A stretch of DNA of 64,000 bases, taken from Mobula hypostoma. Lineage: Eukaryota. Positions 13,157-25,659 of the stretch are shown here, piece by piece. The translations under genes and the position numbers were made by a program. The stretch is from assembly GCF_963921235.1 (NCBI RefSeq), contig NC_086105.1, positions 57,908,001 through 57,972,000 of the forward strand, read 5' to 3'. The notes beneath the pieces are model-generated. The model worked only from the letters and a program-made list of their open reading frames with translations, made no database searches and was not told the DNA's origin. Numbering within the stretch: position 1 is the first letter of the stretch; every line of letters starts with the position of its first letter.

Positions 13157-14749
13157 TGTCACAAGGAACCAAATTTGCATAGTTGTTAAGTGGGGCAGAA
13201 GACACTAATTGCGAGTAAGCACCTTAACCATTTATTTACAAACATCTAAGCCGCCCTAAGTTCCTTAAAACTATGACCTTAAAATGTTCCTTAAAACATT
13301 TACTAATACTTTTACTCAAAATGCATTTCCTTAAATCTCCCCAAGTTACACAATTACAAAGCCAAACATTCAACAAAATGGTACTTACCTGCAGCAGACT
13401 TTCCCAATGGCTCTCCAGCACAGGTTGTGATCTGAAGAGAACCCCTAGTGAAAAGGACCAAGTCTCTCATGTGTGCTTTTCTTTTCCCTCTGGGGCACCT
13501 GGAACCAGAACCCTGGGTTGAGGCGCAAATGCCAGCCAATGGGAGAGGAGTGTTACATACTTCAAATGACTGGCCTGGCAGAAATGGCTTTTAACTGGCA
13601 ATTATTTTTCACCCCTGAAAGATGCAACATCAAGACGATTCAGCCCTCAGGCTATTATAACCACTGCACTTGTCCCACTAAACAACGTATAAAGCACAAA
13701 ACTACAATGCTCAGCACTGTAAGCCCAATAGTGACAACTCAGTGTACAATAGTAGTCCACCAACTTCCTAGCACCCTAAAAAGCCATCAGGTTCACCCTG
13801 GAGTGTAATGGCTATGGAACTGGTCACACGCTTTCTTAATCTTATCTGCCGTCTCTCGGATGTGATTAACTAGGTGAGTGATGACTTGTCGGGAAGGTAA
13901 GTGCAGCATTCTTGATGCTCAATAACAGCACAGTTTCATTTCAGCCGATACTCAGGTCAGCACATCCTCCATGTGCTCGAGAGCTATGGCTCTCTCATTA
14001 GCCAGTGTCTCCATCATAAAGGTCGTATGTATCAATTTCAGGTACAGTCTAGCCATAGCGTACTGGGGGAAAGGTCAGCATCTAAAACCTTTCTGCCCCT
14101 GTGATAGCCCTCTTACAGCACCAATCAACATGGGCAGGGTGATCATCCAGGGCACTGGGGTGGTTTACGTACAGCACCACATACCCAAGATAGCAGCAGC
14201 TGTACCACTCCATGAGGAGTCATGGGTAGGCCCAGGAACCATGTATTCACTAAGCGCCTTTCAGTGTCCAGGAAGTGCCCGCTAACACAGCAGCATTTGG
14301 TGCAGATAGTCATCGCGGCATACAGTTGCTGCTCACACTTGCTTTGTCCCACCGACTGGTTGGATCCTTTCCCGTCACCTGCCCTGTCGGCTGGGGAATC
14401 ACTTTCCAAGCCAGGGTTAAACAAGGTATATGGAGGGAGAAATCTGCCCTTAAAGCACTTACTCCTCTAGGAGTCAGTAAGGCTGAATCTCAGGGTTGTA
14501 TCTGGTGACATCTATGTACTTTGATAATATATTTACTTTTAACTTTGAGTTCAGGTGGTTCACTGCTTACTGCAGAACACCAGACACCACTGAAGGATTT
14601 GCAAAGAGCCAATTGCTTTATCTGTTGCTTCAGCTACACATTCATGCTTTCAATTCACCCCACCACTTGCAGGTACAATGGGATGTGAAACACTTACAAA
14701 ATGCTGGACTCTGCGACTCAGTCTGGGACCTGAGCTCCCATAAAATGCA

Positions 14750-15430
14750 GTTCAATTTAATTTTAATTGTCATTTAACCGTACATGAATACAGCCAAATG
14801 AGACAATTTTACTCTGAGGCCAAGGTGCAAAACACGGTACAAACGGCCATACATAGCACAAGTTACACATACCACATGCAAGATAGCAAGCACATAAAGG
14901 CATTAGTAAGATACCACAACACAAAAAAAAGTCCAGACTTGAGCGATCGATGCTGCAGAAATCTGCAGTCGACCACAATACAGCCTGTCGTTTGCCAGGT
15001 GAATACTGGTTGGGGGGTTGCTGGCGTATGTGAGCAGCAGCGACTCCAGTATAGACACTGCTCCACACTGCCCCAGGTGGAGCACACCGGCTCTGACATC
15101 TCTCTCCTGGCCGCTGTAAACAGGCGATACCGTGGCTTGAGGCCCCGAGTCTATTGAGTGCTGGAGAAATCTGCAGTGGACCACAATACAGCTTGTCTTT
15201 TGCTGGGTGAACGCTGAGGAGGCAGTACCGACTCCTGCCTGGATGCCAAGTAACACCAAACCCCATGGAGTGCACTGGCTTCAGCGCCTCTTTCCTGGTG
15301 GCTGCTTGAGGTCTAGTCCTTGTTAAGGTCAAGGCCACGCATCTCCCCCCGTCATCCACCCCTGCTCTCAGCTAATAAATCAGTGAATGGAACTTGTGGC
15401 ATTCTAAACTAATAATGTCCAAAGGGGTCT
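14750..15430 (-). mobile_element. Non-autonomous LINE-tailed element with internal 53-bp duplication
   Basis: Minus-strand 3' end GTTTTGCACCTTGGCC..TGACAATTAAA..TTGAACTG, matching the plus-strand tail at ~25225-25318. Repeat at 14951-15003 and 15159-15211. Confidence 0.5.
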
Positions 15431-16529
15431 TGTGAGTACAAGAAAAACAAAATGTGAACCACTGTCTCATTGAACTTCCCAGGGAATCCCATACATGGAT
15501 AACATTTTTAATCATTTTAATGTGTTTACTTGGTCAGCATGATCACACAGCAATATCACCAAGGTTTCAGAACATGTATCAACCATGGAAAGCACATACT
15601 GCTTTTTATTTTGTCACAGCAGAGGCCCAATATAATCTATGTGTCAGATCTGACCATCTCCCGTTCCCCTCTGGATATCTCCTGAAGAACCTGCCGGCCA
15701 TCACCTGGGCTGAACATTTTGGCCTCATTATCAGTTAACACCACCCCTAGAGCCTCCCATTTCCCTGTTACAGCTACCCGAAGTGTCCACTTTTGAGAAA
15801 TCACCTCCCAATTTAGCTCATGCCACTGAGACATCCATGCCACTATGCTAATTGGCTACTGCTTGGGATTTGGAATAGACTCCAAAAGACACTGTTGCTT
15901 CTCAGAGGGGTACAGTCATAGACACCAACTCAGCTAGTTGGCTGGAGACCCCCTCTCTCCACTGTGTGATGAGCTTATCAAGTCTCCCCAGGTTTCACAT
16001 CTACAGAACTATACATTCAACAAACAGGTACTCACAGTACCTGAGTGAGCAAGCTGCAGCACACTTTCCTAATGGCTCTTTAGCACTTGTCACAATCTTA
16101 CTCTAAAATGAGGCCCTAGAGAAAAAGGTAGAGTGTTTTGCAAGTGCAATTGTTCTTACCCTGTGGTACACAGAAATGGAAGCTGGTACACTGACATGAA
16201 AGCCAGCCAATCAATGACCGGCACAATGGAAACAGCTTTCAACCAAAGTAAGTTAACCCTTCATGTTACACCCACCTCCTGTACACATTACTATGATTTA
16301 TCAAGGCCAATGTGCCACAAGCTGTTTTTATGACCCTATCTACCTGTGATTCCAAATTCGAGGAATTATAGATCTATATGCGCAGGTCCCTTTGTTCTGC
16401 TAAACTCCTCTGTGCCCTACCATCTACACTGTAAATCCTCCCAAATTACAATAGCTCACACTTGCATGCATTGAAAGTAGGATTGAGAAAAGAAAAAAAA
16501 TGCTATGATTGAATGGTAGAACAGACTTG

Positions 16530-16788
16530 GTAGGTAGGTTGGTACATCGCATCCAGAGTTTCTCTGGTTAGCGGACGATTTCCCTCCACGCCTCTCTGAC
16601 GTAGTGGGGAATTGCATACGAGGCAAGTTACAGCAGTGGTTTGCCATTGCCTTCTGCTGGGTGAATTTCCAAAGAGATCACCAGCTCATATCCCAGCATG
16701 GATGGAAAGCGTGCAGGGGAGCCGGCTGGCTGGATTTGAACCTGGGACCTTTTGTCCCGAAGTCCGACGCTGATGCCACTAGGCCACC
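16530..16788 (-). mobile_element. tRNA-derived SINE with RTE-like bipartite tail
   Basis: A box TGGCCTAGTGG (16776-16786), B box GGTTCAAATCC (16732-16742), GAAGGCAATGGCAAACCACT motif, (CTAC)n tail. TSD AGA(A/G)CAGACTTG at 16518-16529 and 16789-16800. Confidence 0.85.
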
Positions 16789-16865
16789 AGAGCAGACTTG
16801 ATGGGCAAAATAATTTACTTCGACTCCTTTATCTGATGTCTAGCCTCAGCCTGATGTTTGCCTGC

Positions 16866-17168
16866 CTTGGACATCCATTCACGCACAACAGTTTCCAGTG
16901 AATCCAGTGAGCGGCAGCTTTTTGGGTGAAAACACCTTGGTAATGACAGAGGTCAGAGCAGAATAACAAGACTGGTTCAAGCTGACTGAATGGTGACAGT
17001 AACTCAAATAACCATGCGTTAAAACAGTGATGTGCGGAAGAGCATCTCCTAACACACAGTGTGTCAAATCTTGAAGTGGATGGGCTACAGCAGCAGAAAA
17101 CCATGAACATACACTCTGTGTCCAATGTAATAGACACAGGAGGTACCTAATAAATGCCGCTGTGTGCA
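16866..17168 (+). mobile_element. Tc1/mariner-derived non-autonomous DNA transposon remnant
   Basis: Decayed RGQSRITRLVQAD..TVTQIT..LKWMGYSSRKP (Tc1 N-terminal region) and right TIR-like GTACCTAATAAA..TGTGTGCA. Confidence 0.7.
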
Positions 17169-17774
17169 TTTCCCACCTTTCTTGTCCATTCTTTTGCTGT
17201 CAGATTTAACAAGCCAACTGATAACCCCACTTTTGGCCAAATATGACCAGCCTGGGAGGAACGCTCTGCCAGGTTGATGTAAAGAAGGATATATTAGGGA
17301 CATCTTAAGAGACTCAGGTAGGTGCGTGGATGAAAGAAAAATGGAGGGCTATGTGAGAGGGAAATATTGGATTGATCTTTGAGTAGGTTCACAGCTTGGG
17401 CTGAAGGGACTATTATACAATATGTTCTATATACAGTACAAACATATCCTTCCTTAATTAGGGAGACCAAACCCAAGAACAATATTCCAGATGCAGAATC
17501 TCTTATGCTCTATATAATTGGCACAAGATGCTCTATGCTTGTAGCCAAATCTTTTTCCAATAAAAACCAGCATACTGTTACCTTCCTAAATCCTTGCAGG
17601 AGCCGCACATTCACTTTAAGTAATGTGCGTGCAAAAAATTCTGTTCACCTAGAACAACAACATCTTTCAATAACCCACCACTTAAAACGTATTCTGCCTT
17701 ACTTTTTCGTTATTCATGGATTAACTCATATCTGTCCCCACTCACCTTATCTCTGCCCGTCAGATCAAAGCTGG

Positions 17775-18020
17775 CCGACTCACAGCACCTAGAGATGCTG
17801 CCTCACAGCGCAAGACCTAGGTTTAATCTCCCGGTACTATCATGTTTTTCCCTCTGTTTTGTGAATTTCGCTCACATACCAAAGATGTGCTGTTGGTAGT
17901 TTGGTGACTGGACACCGTAAATTGTCTCCAACCTGGAGAATTTGATTGGAGTGAGGATTAGTGGATGGTTGGTGGTCTGCATGGGCTGGGCAGATGCTGA
18001 AGGGCCTATTTCTGTCCCAC
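17775..18020 (+). mobile_element. Decayed V-SINE/HE1-like SINE
   Basis: GCTGCCTCACAGCGC head, CACATACCAAAGATGTG core, CR1-like tail GAAGGGCCT. Confidence 0.55.
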
Positions 18021-18346
18021 AGCCCATATCATCAATAGTTTTGCTTCATTGGCAGCATTGGTCATACTGTATGTAAGTAACTGAAAGGGCCATAAGACGT
18101 TAGAGCAGAAATAGGCCTTTTGACTCATTAAGTCCATCATGGTTGAGTTACCTTCCCTCTTAATGCCATTCTTCTGCCTTCTCCCTGTGACCTTTGACTA
18201 ATCAAGAAATTATCAACCTCCTCTTTAAATATACCCTATGATGGCCTTGACATGAATTCACCTCTCCCTGGTGAAAGATGTTCTTCCTCTTTTCTATTTT
18301 AAAGGAACATCTTTCTCCCTGCGGCTGTGTCCTATAGTCCTAGAAT

Positions 18347-18910
18347 ATTTCAAAGGTTTCAAAGGTGCAATTTAATGTCAGAGAAATGTATACAAAATAC
18401 ATTCTGAAATGATTTTTCTTCGCAACCATCCAAGAAAACAGAGGAGTGCCCCAAAGAATGAACGACAGTAAAATGTTCGAGTCCCAAAGCCCCCCCCCAG
18501 CTCCCCTCCCTCCTGCACGTAAGCGGCAGCAAGGAACAATCCCCCCTGCCCCCACCGGCAAAAAGAAAGCATTGGTACCCGCCACCAAGCACTCAAGCGT
18601 GAGCAAAGCAACAGCAAAGACACAGACTTGCAGTACCCCAGACTACTTGCTCACCTGGTACTTGACATACCAAGGGTTCTTTCCCTCCCTAGTAAGGGAG
18701 AAGGAGACGCCTCCGTTTCACAGAGAGAGGGGAGACATAACAAACAACTCGCTGGTTTACCATGTTAAAAGTTCGCTGCATCGCTTTTTTTCGAGCTCTG
18801 TGCCCAAAGATCTCAAGTCTGTGGGCACACAGCCAAAGATGTTCCAGCTCCCACGACCACCAGTCCGGGACACCGACCTTCGATCCGCCCATCTCCAGAG
18901 CCCCAAGATC
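18347..18910 (-). mobile_element. Non-autonomous LINE-tailed element next to a CR1 3' fragment (18090-18345, minus)
   Basis: (CCTTTGAAA)n tail; homologous to the element hosting the L1 (~52815-52925 plus 54948-55210). Confidence 0.65.
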
Positions 18911-20009
18911 CTTTCACCCTCCTTCAATGGTAGGTTATATTTACCACCTTCTAATCTGTGGCAGCCATCCTAGAATCTCTGAAAATTTGCAAGATGACTA
19001 CCCATGTGCACACTACAAATCATTCTTCTTCAGAACCTGGGATGTAGGTCATTAGACCCCTGATTTTATAACTTATCTACTCCTCTATTTTTTCCTTTAC
19101 TGATCTTATTTTGATTTCTTTGACTTTCTCATTCACTAGAATACCTGTAATCCTTCACCATCTCTGGGATGTTGTAAATTGTCCCATAATTAAACTAGGA
19201 TTAAATTGGAGGATTGCTGTGTGGCATGACTGAAAGGGCCAGAATGGTCTATTATGTGCTATATCTCATTTTAAAACAGTGTTCCTATTTGTGATCTTTA
19301 TTTGTTTCGCTTATTTAAAAAATGTGATCTACATCAGAAGAATTTTGTTGCTGTACTCTTGTTGGCAATTTTAGCTGAATCATAATCTTCATTCCACAAA
19401 GATCTACATAGAACTGTTTTCAGTAAACTGGATCTTTGCACTTAATAATGGCTTTGGATGATGTGCTATGAGTGAAATGCAACCTTAAGACAATATTTCT
19501 ATTATATGTGTTTTGAAAAGGCAATGTTCTTCTAGCCACACCAACACAAGAAGTAAACTCAGATTTTCCAGTAAGACAACTAAAAATGTAAACAATTATA
19601 TTTATTCATTATGCTCTTGTTGGTGTTCATTTTGCTGCAGGAACAGCCAAAGCAGTCAGATGTTGTACTTTACACCTGGTTCACCGCACTGTTTATCTAC
19701 ATTTCCGGTTTCAATCTGTTCCGGACAAAGGCACTTAAAGTTGTAGTATTAGAACCACAGGATGCACATATTTAGTGACATGGGGCAGCAATTTTCAAAA
19801 TTAATATTCAAATAAAGCATTACCCTTATAATTTAAGACAAATGAAACCCACAAAAATAAAATAATGTTAATACAATGTTGCAAATAAAACATTAACATA
19901 ATTAAAATATATTTAAAAATAGATGCTTGTGTTCAAAATGAAAGGTAGCATCTTTCCCCTAAGCATAATAGAGATCAGATAAGTTGGTGTAAGCAGAGTG
20001 CAGATAAAT

Positions 20010-20645
20010 AGAAAAGATTCTGCCGGAAATCCAGAGTAACAAGCACAATAAAATTGGAGGAACTCAGCAGGTCAGAAAGCATCTATGGAGAGGAATGAAC
20101 AGTTGACATTTTGGGATGAGACTCTTCATCAGGAATAGAAATGGAGGGGGAGGGGCCATAATAAGAAGTTGGGGAGAGTGGAAGGAGTAGACGCTAGAAG
20201 GGGAAGAGGTGATAGGCAAAACCAGGTGAAGGAGCGGTGGGATGGGAAATGGGATGAACAGAGAAGCTGGGATGTGATAAGAGGAAGAAGAAAGAATTTG
20301 ATAAGGGAGGAGAGTTGACCATGGGAAAAAGGGAAGGAGGAGGGCATCAGAGGGAGATGATAGGCACGTGAGTAGAAGAGAAGAGTTAAGAGGGGAGACA
20401 GAATAGGGAATGGATAAAGAGAAAAGGGAGAGGTGAGAGAAGTTACTGGACATTAGAGAAATAAATGTTTATGTTGTCAGGTTGGAGACTACTCACTTGG
20501 AATGCGAGGTATTCCTCCTCCAGCCTGAGAGTGGCCTCATCATGTTAGTGGAGGAGGCCACGGAACAACGTGTCGAAATGGGAATGCTAAGTTTAATTAA
20601 AATGGAGAGAGCCCACCTTTCATGGCGGACGGAGCAAAGGTGCAC
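20010..20645 (-). mobile_element. Penelope-like element 3' part
   Basis: Minus strand reads HDEATLRLEEEYL..LQPDNINIYFSN; pyrimidine-rich UTR; decayed hammerhead at ~20100-20137. Confidence 0.8.
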
Positions 20646-21739
20646 AGTGTCATGGAATATCACACCAATCAGCAAACAGATCGAGTCATCATAACCTGTA
20701 TCCACAAAGCACTAGATAATTACTATGAATGGTGTACTAGTATACAGCGTCATGGAACGCTACTTAAAATCTTGAGGACTAAAGACTCGAAAAAGGACAA
20801 GAAGAACGCAAATTACACAGAGGGAACCATTTATGCAGATTGTACCATCATTTTAGAAGTTGCTTGAAGCCAAATGTTCAGCCACTTTTTTCATTAAAAA
20901 CATCATCCTGTCAAATATCAGTTTTACAAGAGTTGGCAAGAATATACACAAGGAAGACAAAGCCAGATGGAAGTAAATTGGCAACTTGATTCAGCGTGCA
21001 CATCTTTTGTTTGGTTTCTCATCTCCCTTGGGCCCCAAAATTACATCCTGGGATAGTCTTAAACTCTTCCTTCCGTATCTTTAGCTTTGGCATTAATGGA
21101 TTTCTGAAACTACAAAAATGGCATTGACAGGCATTTGAAATACTTAATTATCTAGTGCTTCATTTCTTCATAATAGGTCCACAATCAAATCACATTGATG
21201 CAGTTTAAACAAAAAAAAAATCCAATTCACTCTAATAACAGAGAATTGAAATAAATTGCCAGTGAAGTATATCACAGTAGAGATTTCCCCTGACATCCAG
21301 GTACTCTTCCCCATCCAGCATCTGCCCAATAATGTATACGCTGTGGGAGGGAGGTGATATAAATTGTATGTATGCATCCTCATCCTCTGCATCCATTTTT
21401 GCAGATAAAGTATTGACTTAATTGTACCCAGATGTAAATTTTAAACAGGAGAGGAAAAAAAGAATTAGACAGCACTTGGGTTCCATGATGAAAGTTGACT
21501 CCTTATGTAGAGTCCTAAAATAGAATCACACATAAGGCAGGGATTGGCAATCAGTTACGGAAAAAAAAGATTCAATAAGAAGGGCTCCAAGAACATAATA
21601 CAGCTCATTTAGGCACTAGTATGGTAATATACACAGTTTTTAATTGTAAGGACCATAAGGCAAAGAAGCAGAATTATGCCATTCAGACCATCAAGTCAGC
21701 TCCACCATTCAATCATGGCTGACTTATTTTCCCTCTCAG

Positions 21740-22190
21740 CAGTGGGCAGTGCAATGTCTTTGGCAAGTAGAATTAAAGAGAATTCGAAAGCATTCTGCAT
21801 ATACCTCAGCAGCAAGAGGATGACTAGAGAGGTATCGGATTCTGCAAGGCTAAATGGGGGAATATGTGCTTAGAGGCAGAAAATGTGGGTAAGATCCTAA
21901 AAAAGTACCTTGTGTCAGTATTTATCGAGGACATGAAGGACAATGAGATCTGTGTGGAGTATACAAATATGCTAGTGTATTTTGAGATAAATATAGGGGT
22001 AGTTTTGGGTCTCTTAAAGAACAATATGGGAGAGAACGTCCTCAGGGTCCAATAGGAATTGCCCCAGCTTATTGAGAAAGGCATGAGATGAGATTGTTGT
22101 GCCCTTGACCAAAGTCTTCATATCCTCTCTGGCCACAGGGGAGGTCTCAGAGGACAGGTGAGTAGCTAAAGTCATTCCTTTATTCAGGAA
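21740..22190 (+). mobile_element. Decayed CR1 ORF2 fragment
   Basis: LASRIKENSKAF and ILKKYLVSVF segments. Confidence 0.75.
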
Positions 22191-22193
22191 AAG

Positions 22194-23140
22194 TGTCATA
22201 TATGCACGTGTTGGCATCTCCCAGTCTCTACCTAGCTAATTGGAGTGACTTGCTGCTCATTTTGAATTCATCACCTGCAGCCTATAAAACCCCAGTTCTC
22301 ATACACAGTCCTTGTTCACTCATCGAACCTGCTAGACATAACCAGTTGCTGTTAGCCTCCAGATGCCTCATTGCCTGTTGTGTTTACTATCTGTTCTCTC
22401 TTGTTTTGTGGCCACTCATGGCTTGTTATTTTGCAGTCTATCATTAAAATTATCACTCACTGCTAAACCGCCTTCGCTGCTCTGCTTTTGGATCAAGCCT
22501 CCTCTGCAGTTCCTGGCAGGTTGAGTGAGTGATCAATTGTTGAGCAGAGTATGCTCCCCAAAAGGAAGTCATCCATCGACATGAGTACATGATTCAGAAA
22601 TGCATGAAACCATTGACCATCTGCTCACCACTCTCTTCCAACTCTCCATCTCGGTCATTCTCAAACCCATCAGTCAATCTCCTGCCTCGGATCCACAGAC
22701 TCCACTGCCCGAACACTTCAATGGATCCCCTACATGATGCCTCATCTTCCTGTCCCTTTGCATCTTACACTTTGAGCTCCAGCTATCTCTATATTCTATG
22801 GGCCGAGCCAAGGTTACCCTCCTCATCGCTACTTTGAGTGGGCAAGCTCTAACCTGTGCCTCTGCTAGATGGGACGATAAAGTCACCATTTGCAACAAAG
22901 ATCAGGATTTAACTGCAGAGGTGTGCTGGATTTTCGAACATTCGTGAAACGGAAGGGAGGCTGCATTTTGGATATTTTGCCTATGTCAAGGCTCAAGCTC
23001 GGTGCTGGATTACACCATGGAATTCAGGACCATCGCTACAGAATGTGGCTGGAATGCTGAAGCACTGCTGGCCCAGAGCCATCATAGTCTCTCAGAGCAC
23101 TTGGAAGATGACCTGTCTTCCTGGGATATGCCCACCACAG
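22194..23140 (+). mobile_element. Gypsy (Sushi/chromovirus-like) 5' LTR plus decayed gag
   Basis: LTR-like TGTCA..TGGCA (22194-22518) with TATAAAA at 22283 and ATTAAA. 22705-23133 reads LPEHFNGSP..LHFELQ..AKVTLLIATLSGQAL..CQGSSSVLDYTMEFRTIATECGWNAEAL with 2 stops. Confidence 0.8.
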
Positions 23141-23324
23141 CCAAAAGCATCATCAATTAAGTCCCCCATATTGAGGTGGCTTATGTAATAACCTTCATGG
23201 TCATCAGCAAGAACCCTCAGTTCCATTCCCTAACCTATATCAGGTTGCAGGACCTTCATCATACTTTTGTCAGTGCACAGCAAGATTATCGTCAAAGTCA
23301 TTGTCCAATAGATTACAGATGCTG

Positions 23325-24175
23325 TCGATGTGTACAACCATTGTTGGTGGAATCTCAGGTAGTGACGAGAGGGCACACAGGAATGAGACATGCGAACTAG
23401 TGGAGTGGTGCTGCAGCAACAACCTGGCACTCAACATCAGTAAAATGAAAGAGCTGATTGTGTACTTCAGGAAGGGTAAGACAAAGGAACACATACGAAT
23501 TCTCATAGAGGGATCAGAAGTGGAGATAGTGAGCAGCTTCAAGTTCTCGGTGTCAAGATCTCTGAGGATCTTACCTGGTCCCAACATATCGATGTAGTTA
23601 TAATGAAGGCAAGACAGCGTCAATACTTTATTAGGAGTTTGAAGAGATTTGGCATGTCAACAAATACACTCCAAAACTTCTATATTTGTACAGTGGAGAG
23701 CATTCTGACAGGCTGCATTACCATCTGGTATGGAGGGGCTACCGCACAGGAACAAAAGAAGCTGCAAGAGGTTGTAAATCTAGTCAGCTCCATCTTGGGT
23801 ATTAGCCTACAATGTACCCAGGACATCTTTAGGGAGCGGTGTCTCAGAAAGGCGGCGTCCATTATTAAGGACGTCCAGCACCCAGGGCACGCCCTTTTCT
23901 CACTGTTACCTTCAGGTAGGAGGTACAGAAGCCTGAGGCACACACTCAACAATTCAGGAACAGCTTCTTCCCCTCTGCCATCCAATTCCTAAATGGACAT
24001 TGAATCTTTGGACACCACCTCACTTTTATTTGCTCTTTTTAAAAATCTATTCAATATACATAATTGATTTAGTTGTTTATTTTTTTCTCTCTGCTGGATT
24101 ATGTATTGCATTGAACTGCTGCTGCTAAATTAACAAATTTCACGTCACACGCCGGTGATAATAAACCTGATTCTG
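23325..24175 (+). mobile_element. Rex1-type LINE 3' fragment
   Basis: ORFs 23301-23597 (WCCSNNLALNISKMKELIV) and 23603-23992 (VESILTGCITIWYG, LPSGRRYRS). Confidence 0.9.
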
Positions 24176-25635
24176 TACTTGAGGAAAGAGCAAGCTGGCT
24201 TCAGGAAGATCAGAGGATCTTTACACTGCATAACATCTCAGAGTGGCAGAGACAACTTATGTAAATTTTGTGTACATTGATAAAGCTTTTGATAGCATCC
24301 ACAGGAAGAGCCTCTGGAAAATTCTCAGCGTGTAAGGGATGCCACCCAAAATTGTGCAAATTATCTAGTGTCTCTATATAAATTTTACCTGCACAGTTGG
24401 GGACTTCAGTTTGAGCTTTGAAGTCAACACAGGAGTCAGGCAAGGCTATGTGATGTCAATGATATTGTTTAACCTAGTGATTAACTGGGTTATGAAGCAA
24501 ACTGAAGATAAGCAAAGAGGTATTAGGTGAACTTTATAAGACCTTGACTTTGTGGTTGACCTCACATTACTGTCACATACACACCAGCACATGCAAGAAA
24601 AAAACTCAGCATCTGTGTACCTGTGGTGGTCAGTTTGGACTCAGAGTCAGCCAGGGAAAGACTGCGACCATGATGCTCAAAGTAGAGTCTCCTCCTACCG
24701 TCGAGGCATACTTTGTTGATTTGCCAACACCGACCCATTCACCAACCTGGGCAGCATCACTCGGCAGGTCGGTGGGACCAAGGACGACATCGAGTGCAGA
24801 CTTCAGATCAATGAGCAACGTATGGGGATCAACCACGTACAGCGTCCACGCAAAGATGAAGCTGGACCAGAGCTGTGTTCATTCCAGACTCTTGTATGGG
24901 TCAGAACGCTGGCGCATGACACAGAGTGACCTTGCCAAGCTGTGCTGGGCGGTCTTGAATATATACATATATATATATTTGAGTGCATATTTACATATAT
25001 GTGTGTGTGTCTGTGTCTGTGCATCTGCACACGCACGCATAGGTGTGTGTATGTATATGTATGTATGTATATATATACTTTTACTGATATTCTGTATAGG
25101 TTTGTTGACTTGCATACATCAAGCTGCGGTGTCGCACAGGGATAGGGGGTTGTGGGCCTCAGGACTCTCATTAGGTGATTGTGATCTTGTGTGTGCTTAC
25201 TGTGTGTGACAGTTGGTGGTGTATCTTTGCACCTTGACCCCGTAGTAATTCTGTCTCGTTTGGCTCTATTCATGAGTATTCATATATGGTTAGATGACAA
25301 TTAAACTTGAATTGAGTTGGTCTCTGGAAGATTCTCCATATTTGCTGGCCAGGAAAGATCTCCAACTATGCCCTACTCCTTCAGTGTTATCAAGAGGACA
25401 TGACCACAATCGTGATGATGAAATGTTGGAGATGGATTGGGCACGTGATGAGAGAAGATCATCAAGACAGCGTTTCATTAGACCCCTGAAAGGGGGAAGA
25501 AATGCAAGAGACCAAAGACAATTTGGTGCCATACTGTAGAGGTGAAATGAGGAACATGAACTACACCTGACACACAATAGCAAGGACAAGTGAAGACAGA
25601 GATGGAGGACTTTCACTGCTGCCCTAAATGCCTGC
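24176..25635 (+). mobile_element. Decayed RTE-clade LINE, interrupted at ~24950-25318 by a non-autonomous tail with (TA/TG)n
   Basis: LRKEQAGFRK, KAFDSIHRKSLWKIL, GVRQG, LLYGSERW and RWIGHV segments; 3' QRWRTFTAALNA. Confidence 0.8.
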
Positions 25636-25659
25636 ATATCAGTATATTGAAGCCTCTCC

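Noticed and set aside
13157-13736. Possible LTR (TGTCAC..GTGACA) with decayed internal sequence to ~14450
   Set aside because: No TSD, PPT or recognisable protein motif.
14763-15359. 198-aa ORF (also 18446-18973 and 24544-25209)
   Set aside because: Inside non-coding repeats or microsatellite, or frameshifted RTE; no coherent domain.
16720-16788. tRNA gene
   Set aside because: Has A/B boxes but is the head of a TSD-flanked SINE.
21232-21396. Small minus-strand ORF MDAEDEDAY... with good Kozak context
   Set aside because: 54 aa, no recognised homology; expected by chance.
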